A stretch of DNA of 64,000 nucleotides from Prevotella sp. GTDB taxonomy: Bacteria; Bacteroidota; Bacteroidia; Bacteroidales; Dysgonomonadaceae. The stretch spans positions 1 to 64,000 of the forward strand of contig JAITVV010000048.1 of the NCBI GenBank assembly GCA_031285625.1, read 5' to 3'. Numbering within the stretch: position 1 is the stretch's first letter; the number at the start of each line of letters is the position of its first letter. Below are positions 10,629-22,044 of the stretch, piece after piece. A program made the translations under genes and the position numbers. The notes beneath the pieces were generated by a model. It was not told where the DNA came from, ran no database searches, and saw nothing but the letters and a program-made list of their open reading frames with translations.

Positions 10629-11093
10629 ATGAAAAAGGCTATTTCTATAATTATACCTGTCATCGTTTGCTTTCTTACCGGATATACTGCTCAGTTCTTC
10701 CAAGCAGAAGCAATCGAACATTGGTACCCATTACTAAATAAGCCTACTCTTACACCACCAAACATTGCTTTCCCTATAGCCTGGAGTATCTTATATTTGT
10801 TTATGGGGATATCTATAGGACTTATCATTGCATCTGAAAGCAGAAGGAAACGATTCTTTATGGTTTTGTTTATTCTACAGTTAATACTGAACTTCACCTG
10901 GAGTATATCATTCTTCTATCTGCAAAATCCTCTTTTGGCGTTGATAAACATCATCTTACTCGAAGTAATATTGATATACTATGCCATAGCAACTTTTAAA
11001 GAATTTAAGATAAGCAGCATATTATTTATCCCTTATATATTATGGGTTGGTTTTGCCACATACCTTAATTTGTATATTCTATTCTATAATTAA
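10629..11093 (+). CDS. tspO: TspO/MBR family tryptophan-rich sensory protein
   Basis: WYPLLNKPTLTPPN..FP..W, LN..WS..FF, PY..WV.FA..LN. Confidence 0.93.
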   Translation: MKKAISIIIPVIVCFLTGYTAQFFQAEAIEHWYPLLNKPTLTPPNIAFPIAWSILYLFMGISIGLIIASESRRKRFFMVLFILQLILNFTWSISFFYLQNPLLALINIILLEVILIYYAIATFKEFKISSILFIPYILWVGFATYLNLYILFYN

Positions 11094-11605
11094 GTTTCAA
11101 ACTCAAATATTTCCCCATATTCAGCCATCCTGTCAAAAGCCCCCTTCAAATCTGTTTCACCGAAATAGACCCGAAAACAATTGATAACGCCACCATGAGC
11201 AAAAATAATAACGGAAGAGTAATCACTCTCCTTCAGTTCGTCCAGAAAAGAGGCTATACGATTATACATTTGCTTAAATGACTCACCGTTAGGAGCAGGT
11301 GTGCTTATCCAATCCTTATCCCATTCTTCCATATCTATCTTATCCCATTCCTGCATCTCCCAATCACCAAAATGAAGTTCTTTTAACCGATCATGTAAGC
11401 GGATATCTGTAAAACCACAGTATTCAGCAAGACGTTTTGCCCGGCTTAACGGACTGGAGAATACAGCATCGAACTGCAAGCCTTTTAAATTTTGCTTCAC
11501 AATTTCCGCTTCACTTTCAAATGTATCTTTCAACGGTACATCTGTTTGTCCGTAGCAAACTCCATTTACTCCTACCGCTGTATGCCGTACTATATATATA
11601 TTCAT
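11090..11605 (-). CDS. cobC: Alpha-ribazole phosphatase (histidine phosphatase)
   Basis: RH, YGQTD, SSPL.RA, FGDWE, AHGG motifs; real start MNIYIVRH at 11605 overlaps the cobS stop (ATGA). Confidence 0.9.
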   Translation of the reverse strand: MNIYIVRHTAVGVNGVCYGQTDVPLKDTFESEAEIVKQNLKGLQFDAVFSSPLSRAKRLAEYCGFTDIRLHDRLKELHFGDWEMQEWDKIDMEEWDKDWISTPAPNGESFKQMYNRIASFLDELKESDYSSVIIFAHGGVINCFRVYFGETDLKGAFDRMAEYGEIFEFET

Positions 11606-12363
11606 ATTTGAACCAATTTCAATATAACGGTTATACCCAGATAAAAAGACAATTCGCACATCAGAAATAAAGCTCCGCAACAATCTCCTGTATAACCCTG
11701 TATCTTTTTCTTCATTAAAAGAACCAATCCGAGAAAAACAAAGATAGGAAATATTATAGCTACCCAAAGGTGAAATTTTAATAATAAAATGAAAGGGAGT
11801 AATCCGAATACAATAGAAATAAGGGCTGTCTGTAATGACATTTTTCTATATATGGTTTTGGACTTACTGGTTTCTTCGTTTCGCGCATATGGTAAAAACA
11901 AAGTAATCAGCGAACTTATAAATTTACATAAAGGGTCGGCTGCCAGAATAACGAAACAAGCCGTATGCAAATCCAGATTACTCAACAACAAATAGAATAA
12001 TAGAAAATAGAAAATTAAAGTTAATACCCCGTAAGTGCCTATATGAGAATCTTTCATAATAGCTAAAATACGCTCACGTGTATTACCTCCGCCAAATCCG
12101 TCAAAGAAGTCGGCAAGACCATCTTCATGCAATGCTCCTGTAATAAGCAGGCGGCTGAGAAGGGCTACAATCACAGCAACAGAATATGGCAAGACTTGTA
12201 CCGCACACCAAAGTGTTCCTGCCATCACCACAGCCGTAAGCCACCCAACTACAGCCCAGTAATTTATCACCTGCTTAAAATATTCGGTAGGGACATTAAA
12301 TGCCCTAAAACGCCAAAAAGGTAAGCGGGTAAAGAAAACCAGTGCTGCAGCTATATTTTTCAT
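11602..12363 (-). CDS. cobS: Adenosylcobinamide-GDP ribazoletransferase
   Basis: FFTRLP, TGALHEDGLADFFDGFGG, IMKDS.IG.YG, GYTGDCCGA. Confidence 0.95.
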   Translation of the reverse strand: MKNIAAALVFFTRLPFWRFRAFNVPTEYFKQVINYWAVVGWLTAVVMAGTLWCAVQVLPYSVAVIVALLSRLLITGALHEDGLADFFDGFGGGNTRERILAIMKDSHIGTYGVLTLIFYFLLFYLLLSNLDLHTACFVILAADPLCKFISSLITLFLPYARNEETSKSKTIYRKMSLQTALISIVFGLLPFILLLKFHLWVAIIFPIFVFLGLVLLMKKKIQGYTGDCCGALFLMCELSFYLGITVILKLVQI

Positions 12364-12390
12364 ATCATTTAATTGCCAATCGGCATATCA

Positions 12391-13428
12391 TTAAAAATAC
12401 TTTGTTACTTTAATCTCTTTGAAAGAATTCATCTCATTTATCATTCGTACTGCCGAATCGATAATAGGATATGCACATAATGCACCTGTCCCCTCTCCCA
12501 ACCGAAGGCCTAAGTTAAGTATAGGTTTTGCTTTCAGGTAATCCAAGATAAGCTTGTGCCCTGCCTCATCTCCCTGATGTCCAAAGACAGCATAATGCAA
12601 CACCTTATCATTTAGCTTGGAAGCAACAAGCATACAGTTTGTCATAATAAAGCCGTCGACAAGGATAATCATCTTTAATTCCGCGGCTTTCAACATAGCA
12701 CCAACTGTCATTACCATCTCATAACCACCAAAATAGCGCATAATGTCTTCAACAGAAGCATCACCTTTGTAGTTATCCATCGACTGTTTCAGTACTTTAT
12801 ACTTATGTCCGATGATATTTCCGGTATGGTCGCATCCAGCTCCGATACACTGATCTAAAGGAATTCCGGTCAGATATGTCATCCATAGGGAAGAAGATGA
12901 TGTATTGGTAATTCCCATTTCGCCAAACCCAATCACATTGCATCCTTCGTCAAAACATGCCTGAACGCATTCGGCGCCATATTTTATTGCAAGTTCCATT
13001 TCTTCATGAGTCATAGCTGCTTCATGTAAATAATTCCGGGTGCTTTTCCGGATCTTCTTATGTATAATCGGGTCTTCGGGCTTGAAGTCAAAATTAACAC
13101 CTGCATCTACAACTTTAAGATCGAAACCATGCTGACGGGCTAAGAAATTGATACCTGCCCCACCATTCCAGAAGTTAACAATCATCTGATACGTTACTTC
13201 CTGTGGCGACGGACTAACACCTTCGGCTGCGATTCCATGATCTCCGGCAAATACAATATGGCAAGGATTAGTCAGCTTAGGATTCAAAGATTGCTGTATC
13301 CAACCTATTTGCATAGCTAAATCTTCCAGCTTGCCTAACGAACCTTTTGGTTTTGTCAGATTATCAATTTTCTCCTGTAAGTAAGAACGTACTTCGTCTT
13401 GTGGTTTTTCGATGTTAAATTGTTGCAT
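12391..13428 (-). CDS. cobT: Nicotinate-nucleotide--dimethylbenzimidazole phosphoribosyltransferase
   Basis: [33 protein letters not shown]. Confidence 0.95.
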   Translation of the reverse strand: MQQFNIEKPQDEVRSYLQEKIDNLTKPKGSLGKLEDLAMQIGWIQQSLNPKLTNPCHIVFAGDHGIAAEGVSPSPQEVTYQMIVNFWNGGAGINFLARQHGFDLKVVDAGVNFDFKPEDPIIHKKIRKSTRNYLHEAAMTHEEMELAIKYGAECVQACFDEGCNVIGFGEMGITNTSSSSLWMTYLTGIPLDQCIGAGCDHTGNIIGHKYKVLKQSMDNYKGDASVEDIMRYFGGYEMVMTVGAMLKAAELKMIILVDGFIMTNCMLVASKLNDKVLHYAVFGHQGDEAGHKLILDYLKAKPILNLGLRLGEGTGALCAYPIIDSAVRMINEMNSFKEIKVTKYF

Positions 13429-13609
13429 TGTTATATTTTAGTTTTATATTAAAAAAGTGACATTACATTAAAACTATTATCTTCTTTATAATCAGGTTCT
13501 ATATTGTTAAAAAGTGACAAAAGTAACACATTTTAGCTTGTTTATATATTGTAACCTTTTATTTGATAATACTCTTGCTATCTGTACTATATAGATAAAT
13601 CTATAAAGG

Positions 13610-14122
13610 TTATTTTACTTTCATCGCTATACCCGATACCATTAAATACACCTCATCAGATTCAGCAGCAATATACTGATTGAGCCACCCTTGCAAATCT
13701 GCAAATTTTCGTTGCAGGTCATTTTGAGACATCTCTCCCATACCTATTTCATTTGTTACGAAGATAAACCGGGCATCCTGAGTTATAAGCTGATCAAACT
13801 CAGATTTTAGAGCAGAGAGGGCAGCTTCTACATCAGAATGAAGATCAAAAAAGAAATTAGTAGCCCATAAAGTGATACAATCCACAAGCACAACTTTTCC
13901 TGTAAAGTCATGTTTGCTTAGCTCCTTTTCTTCTTCTATATTGACCCAATTCTTTTCTCTTTCAGCTTTATGCCTTTCTATGCGCTTCCGGTGCTCCTCA
14001 TCCCATACCCGCGATGTTGCCAGATATACAGGATTAGGAGAAAATGACAAAGCCAGGTTCTGAGCATAGCTACTCTTCCCGGAACGTTGTCCACCTGTAA
14101 TGAGAATAATTTGTCTAGCCAT
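13610..14122 (-). CDS. cobU: Adenosylcobinamide kinase/guanylyltransferase
   Basis: ITGGQRSGKS, DCITLW, VTNEIGMG, VSG. Confidence 0.95.
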   Translation of the reverse strand: MARQIILITGGQRSGKSSYAQNLALSFSPNPVYLATSRVWDEEHRKRIERHKAEREKNWVNIEEEKELSKHDFTGKVVLVDCITLWATNFFFDLHSDVEAALSALKSEFDQLITQDARFIFVTNEIGMGEMSQNDLQRKFADLQGWLNQYIAAESDEVYLMVSGIAMKVK

Positions 14123-14689
14123 TTACTTTTTTCTCTTATATAGAAAATCTTTCCAGCGTTCTTCCATGTCTCCGGCTTTATACATATCATAACGGGCCAT
14201 TGTAAAAAATAAGTCCGACAAACGGTTTATAAAACGCATAACGGCAGTCGGAACTTCATCCTGCTTATTCAATGTCCATAAACGGCGTTCGGCACGGCGG
14301 GCTATAGAACGCGCCAGTTGCAAATGAGCTGAAACGATTGTCCCTCCGGGAAGAATAAAAGTTTCACTTGGCCCCATTTCATCTGTCATCCGATCCATGC
14401 ACTCTTCGCAGAACTTATCCAGGTCTTCATCAAGCTTATTCTGATTTGTCTCTCTTATAGCCGAAGGAGTAGCTACCTGAGACATGACAACCATCATTTC
14501 GGTTTGTATTTTAAATAAAACCGGTTGCCACTCGTGATTTGCAGGTAAGTATGCCCGTACAACACCTAAGGCTGAATTCAGCTCGTCAATAGTACCATTG
14601 GCTTCAATACGTACGTCATCCTTATCAACACGTTGCCCGCCAAAGATTCCGGTTTTACCCTTATCTCCCCCTCTTGTATATATTTTCAT
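14123..14689 (-). CDS. pduO: PduO-type ATP:corrinoid adenosyltransferase
   Basis: KIYTRGGDKGKT, GTIDELNS, FILPGG, RRAER, NRLSD. Confidence 0.93.
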   Translation of the reverse strand: MKIYTRGGDKGKTGIFGGQRVDKDDVRIEANGTIDELNSALGVVRAYLPANHEWQPVLFKIQTEMMVVMSQVATPSAIRETNQNKLDEDLDKFCEECMDRMTDEMGPSETFILPGGTIVSAHLQLARSIARRAERRLWTLNKQDEVPTAVMRFINRLSDLFFTMARYDMYKAGDMEERWKDFLYKRKK

Positions 14690-14862
14690 CTGTTTTGATT
14701 TTTATTTAAGCATAACAAAGGTACAATAAGTTATGCTGAATACATTTTCATTTTTAAGCTTTTTCCCTAAATCTTATTAACATCTGAAAGAATGCTCACA
14801 GCACTTTACGGTACAATATTTTAGTTTATCTTTGTGCAATAATAATTGTTAGCTATACACTT

Positions 14863-17685
14863 ATGCACATTAAAGCACTCTTAATTTCCCTGGTTATATT
14901 CTTATTGGTTACTTCCTGTTCAGATAAGAAACCTACTTTCGATCAACGGGAGTTCATTACACTTTCTGGAAAATGGCAATGTGACTTAGGGGAAATCAAC
15001 TTACCGGGAACAGTAGATCAGAGTCGTCTGGCTCCACAGACTACCGACACATTAAACACAGGACAGCTTACCCGATTGAATCCCTTTGTAGGAAAAATAA
15101 AGTATAAAAGAGAGGTCGAAATACCTGCCTCCTCAGCTGATAAAGAATGGCGACTGATCATGGAACGGACAAAACCTTCAACTGTATGGGTTGATGGGGA
15201 CAGCATAGGATCCAGCACCTTAATATTATCTCCACAATTATACAATCTTGGTAAATTAACTGAAGGGAAACACATTATAACAATAGAAATAGATAACAGC
15301 CCCAGTTCTGTACCACAGGGCATACATGGCTCGCATGCATGGACAGATGCTACACAGACCAACTGGAACGGCATCATAGGAAAATTTGGTCTTGAAGCAA
15401 ATGACGGTATATTAATCAGTGATTTACAGGTTTATCCTGATATATCTTCTAAAACGATACCAGTTGTTGCCCGGATCAAATCATCTGTAAGCGGAGCGGC
15501 AAAAATCACTGTAAAAGGATATGTGTGGAACACTGATGAAGATGTAACCATACCTGAACAGATCGTTGATATCCGGCTTGAAGAAGGACAAGATACATAC
15601 CTATTCGAGATAAATACCGGAGATAAACAAATGCTATGGAGTGAATTCGACCCGGCTCTATATAAGATTAACTTTGAAATAGAAAGCCAGAATATAAAAG
15701 ACACATATACTATTGATTTCGGCATCAGAGATTTCTCTACCGAAGGTACCCAGTTCACCATAAACTCACTAAAGACATTCTTACGGGGAAAGCATGATGC
15801 CTGTGTATTTCCTCTGACAGGCTATCCACCAATGGATAAAGCAGAATGGAAAAAGCAAATGCGAATAGCAAAAGAATATGGACTAAACCACTACAGGTTT
15901 CACTCATGGACACCGCCGCAAGCAGCTTTCGATGCAGCTAATGAAGAAGGTATTTATATGCAGGCTGAACTCCCTTACTGGGGCACGATGGATACAGCAA
16001 ATGTTGAACTTAATAAATTCCTTATAAACGAAGCTGAACATATATTGAGCTCTTACGGCAACAATCCGTCTTTTGTTATGATGGCACTGGGAAATGAGTT
16101 GGGCGGTGATATAGAAGTAATGCGCAACATGGTTACTGATTTCAGGAAAATAGACAAGCGCAGACTATATGCTTTTGGAGCAAATAATATGTTGGGTACA
16201 GCAGGCCAACAGGAGGGTGAGGATTTCTTCGTTACATGCCGTGTAGGCGGACAGGTCGGTTCTGACGATTACTCGCAGCATACGCGTGCTACATTCTCTT
16301 TCGCCGATGCTAAAGACGGTGGCTATATGAATGGTGTTTATCCGTCTACCGGTCTGACATTCGAAAAAGCAGTTGCCGATTGTTCCGTTCCTATCATCAG
16401 CCACGAGAACGGACAGTTTCAGGTGTACCCTGATTATAGTGAAATAAAGAAATACAAAGGAGTATTATATCCTTATAACATGGAAATATTCCGTAACAGA
16501 TTGCAAGAAAACGGTCTTCAAGACCAAGCTGAAGCTTTCCATAAGGCTACTGCCCGCTTTGCCGCCCTTTGCTACAAGGCGGATATAGAAATGTGCTTCC
16601 GCACACAGGGATTCGGGGGTTTTCAGGTGCTTGATTTACAGGATTATCCCGGACAGGGAAGTGCATATGTAGGTATTCTGGACGCATTCATGGATAATAA
16701 AGGAGGAATGGAAGCCGAAGAATTCAGGGGATTTTGTGATGAAATAGTACCTATAGCTATTATGCAGAAATACTGCTGGAGCAATAATGAGCAGTTCTCA
16801 GCTAAAATAAAAGTGACTAACTTCTCGAAAGAATCGTTGTCTAAAACAAAAGTGGAATGGTGCCTAAGTACGACAAAAGATAAAACAACAATAGCTGAAG
16901 GTGAATTATCAGCAGATATTCCTCAAGGTACATTAACCGAAGCAGGACAAATTGAGACTTCACTACAAAAGATAGATATAGCAACCCAGCTACAACTGAC
17001 ACTGAAATTAGGTTCACATATTAATAAATATGACATATGGGTATATCCTGATATAAAGGATATTAAAGAAACAAATATAGTTGAAACAACTTCGCTAAAG
17101 CAGGCTCTGGATATGCTAAATGCAGGGAAGAATGTTCTATACATTCCTAACCATAATGAAATAAGCAAGCTCTCAGTTGGTGGGTTATTCACTCCTGATT
17201 ATTGGAATTATGCTATGTTTAAGAATATTTCAGAATGGGTAAAACGAGATGTATCACCAGGAACACTGTCCATCCTGACCAATCCTTCACATCCCTTGTT
17301 TAAAGAATTCCCAACAGAAGCACATAGCAACTGGCAATGGTGGATTATTTCAAAAAATTCGCGACCATTTATTCTTGACAGAACTCCTAAGGACTATAAA
17401 CCATTGATTCAGGTTATAGATAATATAGAACGTAATCACAAACTAGGTTTATTATTTGAAATGCAAGTTGGTAAAGGAAAGCTACTGGTAAGCACATGTA
17501 ACCTGGAAGCGATAAAAGATAAACCTGAAGGTAAGCAATTTAAAAAGGCTATATTAGATTATATGAGTTCTGCAGACTTTGCTCCTACAAACGAATATAC
17601 AGAGGAAGATATAAAAAGTCTTTTCAGCACCTCCATTAAAGAGAAAAATATTGTGGGGGTTAAGAATATAACAACGTATGAATAA
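14863..17685 (+). CDS. Glycoside hydrolase family 2 lipoprotein (possible beta-glucuronidase)
   Basis: WNGI.G, FGIR.F, GLNHYRFHSW.PP, GNE acid/base, SHE.GQ nucleophile, LQDYPGQG; adjacent to uxuAB. Confidence 0.85.
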   Translation: MHIKALLISLVIFLLVTSCSDKKPTFDQREFITLSGKWQCDLGEINLPGTVDQSRLAPQTTDTLNTGQLTRLNPFVGKIKYKREVEIPASSADKEWRLIMERTKPSTVWVDGDSIGSSTLILSPQLYNLGKLTEGKHIITIEIDNSPSSVPQGIHGSHAWTDATQTNWNGIIGKFGLEANDGILISDLQVYPDISSKTIPVVARIKSSVSGAAKITVKGYVWNTDEDVTIPEQIVDIRLEEGQDTYLFEINTGDKQMLWSEFDPALYKINFEIESQNIKDTYTIDFGIRDFSTEGTQFTINSLKTFLRGKHDACVFPLTGYPPMDKAEWKKQMRIAKEYGLNHYRFHSWTPPQAAFDAANEEGIYMQAELPYWGTMDTANVELNKFLINEAEHILSSYGNNPSFVMMALGNELGGDIEVMRNMVTDFRKIDKRRLYAFGANNMLGTAGQQEGEDFFVTCRVGGQVGSDDYSQHTRATFSFADAKDGGYMNGVYPSTGLTFEKAVADCSVPIISHENGQFQVYPDYSEIKKYKGVLYPYNMEIFRNRLQENGLQDQAEAFHKATARFAALCYKADIEMCFRTQGFGGFQVLDLQDYPGQGSAYVGILDAFMDNKGGMEAEEFRGFCDEIVPIAIMQKYCWSNNEQFSAKIKVTNFSKESLSKTKVEWCLSTTKDKTTIAEGELSADIPQGTLTEAGQIETSLQKIDIATQLQLTLKLGSHINKYDIWVYPDIKDIKETNIVETTSLKQALDMLNAGKNVLYIPNHNEISKLSVGGLFTPDYWNYAMFKNISEWVKRDVSPGTLSILTNPSHPLFKEFPTEAHSNWQWWIISKNSRPFILDRTPKDYKPLIQVIDNIERNHKLGLLFEMQVGKGKLLVSTCNLEAIKDKPEGKQFKKAILDYMSSADFAPTNEYTEEDIKSLFSTSIKEKNIVGVKNITTYE

Positions 17686-17689
17686 ATAG

Positions 17690-17728
17690 AAAAACGGAGG
17701 TTAGCAACAAGGCTGAACCTCCGTTTTT
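17690..17728. terminator. Bidirectional terminator
   Basis: aaaaacggaggtt...aacctccgttttt between convergent genes. Confidence 0.85.
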
Positions 17729-17748
17729 ATTTAGAATAACTAAAAACT

Positions 17749-18918
17749 CTAATATAATGTTCTGGCTATACCCAACTCCAGCCCCCTGAGCTCAGCCAGC
17801 CCTCTAAGCCTGCCAATGCAGGAATAACCGGGATTTGTTTTCTTCTCCAGATCATCTATCATCTGGTGTCCATGATCGGGACGGAAAGGAATAGATATAT
17901 TACGCTTCTGTTGTATTTCCAGAAAGCCTTTCATTACATTGTACATATCAACATCTCCTTCAAGATGATTCGCTTCATAGAAATTACCTTCTCCGTCTCG
18001 TTGTGTAGATCGCAAGTGAACAAAATTCACCCTGTCGCCCAAACGTTTAATCATATTAGGTAAATCATTATCGGCACGTACACCAAAAGAGCCAGTACAG
18101 AAACAAAGTCCGTTTGAATGATTAGGAACAGCTTCTACCAGTTTATTAAAATCCTCTTCGGTACTAAGAATACGAGGCAAACCCAAAATAGAATATGGGG
18201 GATCATCCGGATGAATAGCTAACTTCACCTCTACTTCATCAGCCACAGGCGCTATCTCTTTAACGAAAGAGATCAGATTCCTTCTTAACGTTTCTGCATC
18301 TATATTCTTATACCGGTCAAGCTGAGCCTGAAATTCCTCGAGAGTAAAGCTTTCTTCTGCACCCGGTAATCCGGCAATCATATTGCGAATTAACAGGTCT
18401 TTATCATCCTGTGTCATTTCATCATAACGTGTTTGGGCTTTAGCAATATCCTCAGCAGAATATTCCTCCATAGCCCCGGGACGTTTCAATATAAAAAGTT
18501 CGAATGCCATAAAAGCAGCACGTTCAAAGCGCAAAGCTTTAGATCCATCAGGCATTGTATAAGCCAGATCGGTACGAGTCCAGTCCAGAACAGGCATAAA
18601 ATTGTATGTCACAATAGTGATGCCACATTGAGCCAGATTGCGAATACTTTGTTTATAATTCTCTACATATTCTTTATGATTTCCTTCCTGAGTCTTGATA
18701 TGCTCATGTACCGGAATGCTCTCTACTACCGACCACTTAAGACCAGCCTTTTCGATTATATCTTTGCGCTTTTGAATCTCTTCAACAGTCCACACCTCAC
18801 CGTTTTTAATATGGTGTAATGCGGTAACAATGCCTGTTGCTCCTGCTTGCTTTATATCTGACAGCGATACCGGGTCATTAGGCCCGTACCATCGCCATGT
18901 TTGTTCGCTAAGTATCAT
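17749..18918 (-). CDS. uxuA: Mannonate dehydratase
   Basis: [43 protein letters not shown]. Confidence 0.97.
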   Translation of the reverse strand: MILSEQTWRWYGPNDPVSLSDIKQAGATGIVTALHHIKNGEVWTVEEIQKRKDIIEKAGLKWSVVESIPVHEHIKTQEGNHKEYVENYKQSIRNLAQCGITIVTYNFMPVLDWTRTDLAYTMPDGSKALRFERAAFMAFELFILKRPGAMEEYSAEDIAKAQTRYDEMTQDDKDLLIRNMIAGLPGAEESFTLEEFQAQLDRYKNIDAETLRRNLISFVKEIAPVADEVEVKLAIHPDDPPYSILGLPRILSTEEDFNKLVEAVPNHSNGLCFCTGSFGVRADNDLPNMIKRLGDRVNFVHLRSTQRDGEGNFYEANHLEGDVDMYNVMKGFLEIQQKRNISIPFRPDHGHQMIDDLEKKTNPGYSCIGRLRGLAELRGLELGIARTLY

Positions 18919-18939
18919 AAAATTTAAATTAGCTGATTA

Positions 18940-19755
18940 TTATATAGTAAAAGAGTCGAATCCTCCATCGACAACCAGAATAGAGCCATTCACAAAGCTG
19001 GAAGCATCACTAGCCAGATAATGAATAGAACCCAAAAGTTCGTCAGCTTCACCAAAGCGCCGAAAAGGCGTGTGTGCAATAACAGATTTAGCCCTGTCGG
19101 TATATGATCCGTCAGCATTCAGCATCAAAGACCTGTTCTGCTCTGTTATAAAAAAACCCGGCGCAATAGCATTTACCCTGAATCCTTCACCGAATTTAAT
19201 GGATAACTCACCAGCCATATATTTTGTAAAATTAGCCACTGCAGCTTTTGCCACGCCATAACCCATAACACGGGTCAGAGGTCGAAGAGATGATTCGGAA
19301 GCTATATTAATTATATTCCCTTTACCATTATCTACCATTGCTTTTGCAAAAACTAAAGTTGGTAATACTGTTCCAAAAAGATTCAAATCCACTACTTCTT
19401 TAAAAGCACTGATATCAATATCAAAAATCGTTTTATCAGGTGGTATTGTCGCTCCCGGCATATTCCCCCCTGCTGCATTTATCAGTATGTCTATTCTACC
19501 ATACTTTTGCAGAATATCTTCCCTGTTTTGCTCCAGGTTGGCTTTATCTAAAGCATCAGAGATATAAAAAACAGCTTCATCCCCAGAGGCTTTAATCTTA
19601 TTAACCAAAGCCTCGCCCTTTTCTTTCGAGCGGCCTAAGACCACGACCTTTGCCCCCTGGGAAGCTAAATATTCTGCCATTTGTGAGCCTAATATACCAT
19701 AGCCTCCTGTAATAAGGATAACTTTCCCCTCAATATCAAATATATTTTTTTTCAT
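18940..19755 (-). CDS. uxuB: SDR-family D-mannonate oxidoreductase
   Basis: TGG.G.LG, NAAGGNMP, PLTRV.GY...K, NAIAPGFF; immediately upstream of uxuA. Confidence 0.85.
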   Translation of the reverse strand: MKKNIFDIEGKVILITGGYGILGSQMAEYLASQGAKVVVLGRSKEKGEALVNKIKASGDEAVFYISDALDKANLEQNREDILQKYGRIDILINAAGGNMPGATIPPDKTIFDIDISAFKEVVDLNLFGTVLPTLVFAKAMVDNGKGNIINIASESSLRPLTRVMGYGVAKAAVANFTKYMAGELSIKFGEGFRVNAIAPGFFITEQNRSLMLNADGSYTDRAKSVIAHTPFRRFGEADELLGSIHYLASDASSFVNGSILVVDGGFDSFTI

Positions 19756-19757
19756 CT

Positions 19758-20822
19758 TTACAATTTATAATTATTGTAATAGTCAACATTCTCTTTTATT
19801 AAAATATCAATAGGCATATAGTTCACCTTTTGAGGTAGTTGCTTGAACAGGAAGTAATTGCCCATGGCTTTAAGGGCATCATACCCCTGCAGTTCGGGAC
19901 GCTGTGAAAGAATAAACGAGATTTTTCCATTCTTCAGTCCGCTAATATTCCTTTCTATAGCATCATGTCCTATCAGTTTTATTTTTGCTTGAAGATCAGT
20001 ATCCAATTTATCCAATAATGCAACCAGCTCATATATACGGGAATTGAGTACAATCCCTCCAACTATATTTTTGCTATTTCTTATAATATTTTCCAATTCA
20101 CCAAGACTTTTAGTAAAATCATCCGGGTTTATTTCTATATGATGAATTTTACCTGTAAAATTATGACTATCCATATATTCCATAAAGCCACGTTCACGGG
20201 TTTTCATCTGTACTGAAATCTCTTTGTATTTGAAGCGTATATGGGCAATAATAATGTCTGCCTCTGCACCGATTTCTCCCAATAGTAGTTTAGCTGCTAT
20301 ATGCCCTGTGCCAAAAGAGTCTCCACCGAAATAAGAAAGATCTTTCTGCCCGGAAATTCCGGAATCGATATAGATATAAGGAAGTTCTTTGGCATCCAGT
20401 TCTTTTGAGAGTTTAATCACATAATCACCAAATAAAGTAGCAATCAGCACCCCGTCAAAATCTTTTTCTTTAAAAGCATTTATAGCATTTACAAAAGAAA
20501 ATCTGTCATATTGATTAAATAGAAAATATTCTGTACTGATATTAAATTTCTTTAGCTCATCGGTAGCCCTGTTGATGCCTTCACATACTAATTCCCAATA
20601 GTCACCCGAGGAATATGTAGGAGCAAGAACTGCAAACTTATAACTCTTCTTTGAAGCCAGAAAGCGAGCAACCATATTAGGTTCGTAATTTATCTCCTTT
20701 AGTACCTTTTCTACTTTTGCCCTTTTATCTTCCGATACTCTTCCCCTGTTATGTAAAACCCTGTCGACAGTTCCTGTAGAGACACCTGCCATGCGGGCAA
20801 TATCTATTATCCGTATATTCAT
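19758..20822 (-). CDS. LacI-family regulator (UxuR-like)
   Basis: IRIIDIARMAGVSTGTVDRVLHNRG helix-turn-helix; first gene of the uxu operon. Confidence 0.9.
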   Translation of the reverse strand: MNIRIIDIARMAGVSTGTVDRVLHNRGRVSEDKRAKVEKVLKEINYEPNMVARFLASKKSYKFAVLAPTYSSGDYWELVCEGINRATDELKKFNISTEYFLFNQYDRFSFVNAINAFKEKDFDGVLIATLFGDYVIKLSKELDAKELPYIYIDSGISGQKDLSYFGGDSFGTGHIAAKLLLGEIGAEADIIIAHIRFKYKEISVQMKTRERGFMEYMDSHNFTGKIHHIEINPDDFTKSLGELENIIRNSKNIVGGIVLNSRIYELVALLDKLDTDLQAKIKLIGHDAIERNISGLKNGKISFILSQRPELQGYDALKAMGNYFLFKQLPQKVNYMPIDILIKENVDYYNNYKL

Positions 20823-20842
20823 AATCGTATCCAGTTAACACT

Positions 20843-20915
20843 ATGTGTACGCACACATTATATTATTTACAAATTTAATACTTTAGAATGAGGAAACAAT
20901 GCGTGTGCGCACACA
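20843..20915. promoter_or_regulatory. Two LacI-type palindromic operators
   Basis: ATGTGTACGCACACAT (20843-20858) and GTGTGCGCACAC (20903-20914), both with central CG, next to minus-strand -7 boxes TAAATTTG (20870-20877) and TATATTTG (20916-20923). Confidence 0.8.
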
Positions 20916-21003
20916 CAAATATAAAAATTAGATTAATTATTTAGTAATTAGACTTATACACAAATCACATTTTTATTAATATGTTGAATAACATAATTTG
21001 ATT

Positions 21004-21094
21004 TAAGGTCTCAGACCTATTTATCACTTGTGTATCTGAAAGAGCAATAATAAGCTATAAAATTGCAATTAAATATTAAATAGTTTCTTTTATT
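21004..21094. repeat. Dispersed ~90-bp intergenic element, copy 3
   Basis: taaggtctcagacctatttatcactt...ttgcaattaaatattaaatagtttcttt. Confidence 0.75.
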
Positions 21095-22044
21095 TAGATT
21101 TGAAAATAAGCTACCAGCATAATGATGCCGGATACCAGAAGTAACATTGCTATTTCGGTGCAAATGTTGATTCTAATCGCAGTTTTCATATCAGCAGTGG
21201 TTAACTCCCTATCTTTAGAACCGATATATGGCTTATCTACAAGTTCTCCAAAATAAACATTTGGTCCCCCGAAACGGCAATTCAGTATACCAGCCAGAGC
21301 AGCTTCCGGATATCCGGAATTCGGGCTTGCATGTTGGCTACCATATCTCTCGACAAAAGATAGTAATGATATTTTTCCGCTTACGATTATCATAAGTATC
21401 GAAGTCAGGCGTGCTGGAATGTAGTTAGCGATATCGTCAATACGGGCTGCCCAACAACCAAATTGCCTATACCTCAAACTCTTATAACCAATCATGGAAT
21501 CTAGTGTGTTGACCATCTTATAAGCAACCATGCCCGGAACACCAAGGAGCATAAACCAGAACATTGGAGCAATAACCCCATCGCTCAGATTTTCCGATAA
21601 TGTTTCTAAAGCTGCAGTACGGATTTGTTGCGGAGATAAAGCCGAAGTATCACGCCCGACAATACGTGCCACCTGTATCCTTCCCTCTTCTACGGATGAG
21701 TCTAAAGCACGAAAAACATCCCTAACTTCAACAACCAATGTCTTACCAGCCAGACATAAAAAAATCATAATAGTAGAAAAAATCAGGGACAAATATGGAT
21801 GGATAGTATCCAGACCTTTTATTATAAAGTAAACAAGAAAAAAGGTGGATAAAATGAACAGAATAGCGAAAACAGCACCTTTCAGCATTCTTTTTTCATA
21901 CTTATTATATTTTTTTTCACCCCAAGCTATAATTTTTCCCATTGCAACCACCGGATGTGGTATCCAACGGGGATCACCAATCAACCGGTCAGCCATCCAT
22001 CCAATTATCAGGGGCAAAAGAGTATATAATAATTTTACATCCAT
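21094..22044 (-). CDS. cbiB: Adenosylcobinamide-phosphate synthase
   Basis: GDP...HPV, VGRDT, ENLSDG..AP, NTLDSM.GY, SPNSG.PEA. Confidence 0.95.
   Translation of the reverse strand: MDVKLLYTLLPLIIGWMADRLIGDPRWIPHPVVAMGKIIAWGEKKYNKYEKRMLKGAVFAILFILSTFFLVYFIIKGLDTIHPYLSLIFSTIMIFLCLAGKTLVVEVRDVFRALDSSVEEGRIQVARIVGRDTSALSPQQIRTAALETLSENLSDGVIAPMFWFMLLGVPGMVAYKMVNTLDSMIGYKSLRYRQFGCWAARIDDIANYIPARLTSILMIIVSGKISLLSFVERYGSQHASPNSGYPEAALAGILNCRFGGPNVYFGELVDKPYIGSKDRELTTADMKTAIRINICTEIAMLLLVSGIIMLVAYFQI

Noticed and set aside
11606-11767. N-terminal extension of cobC in the ORF track
   Set aside because: Overlaps cobS; the catalytic RH motif follows the ATG at 11605.
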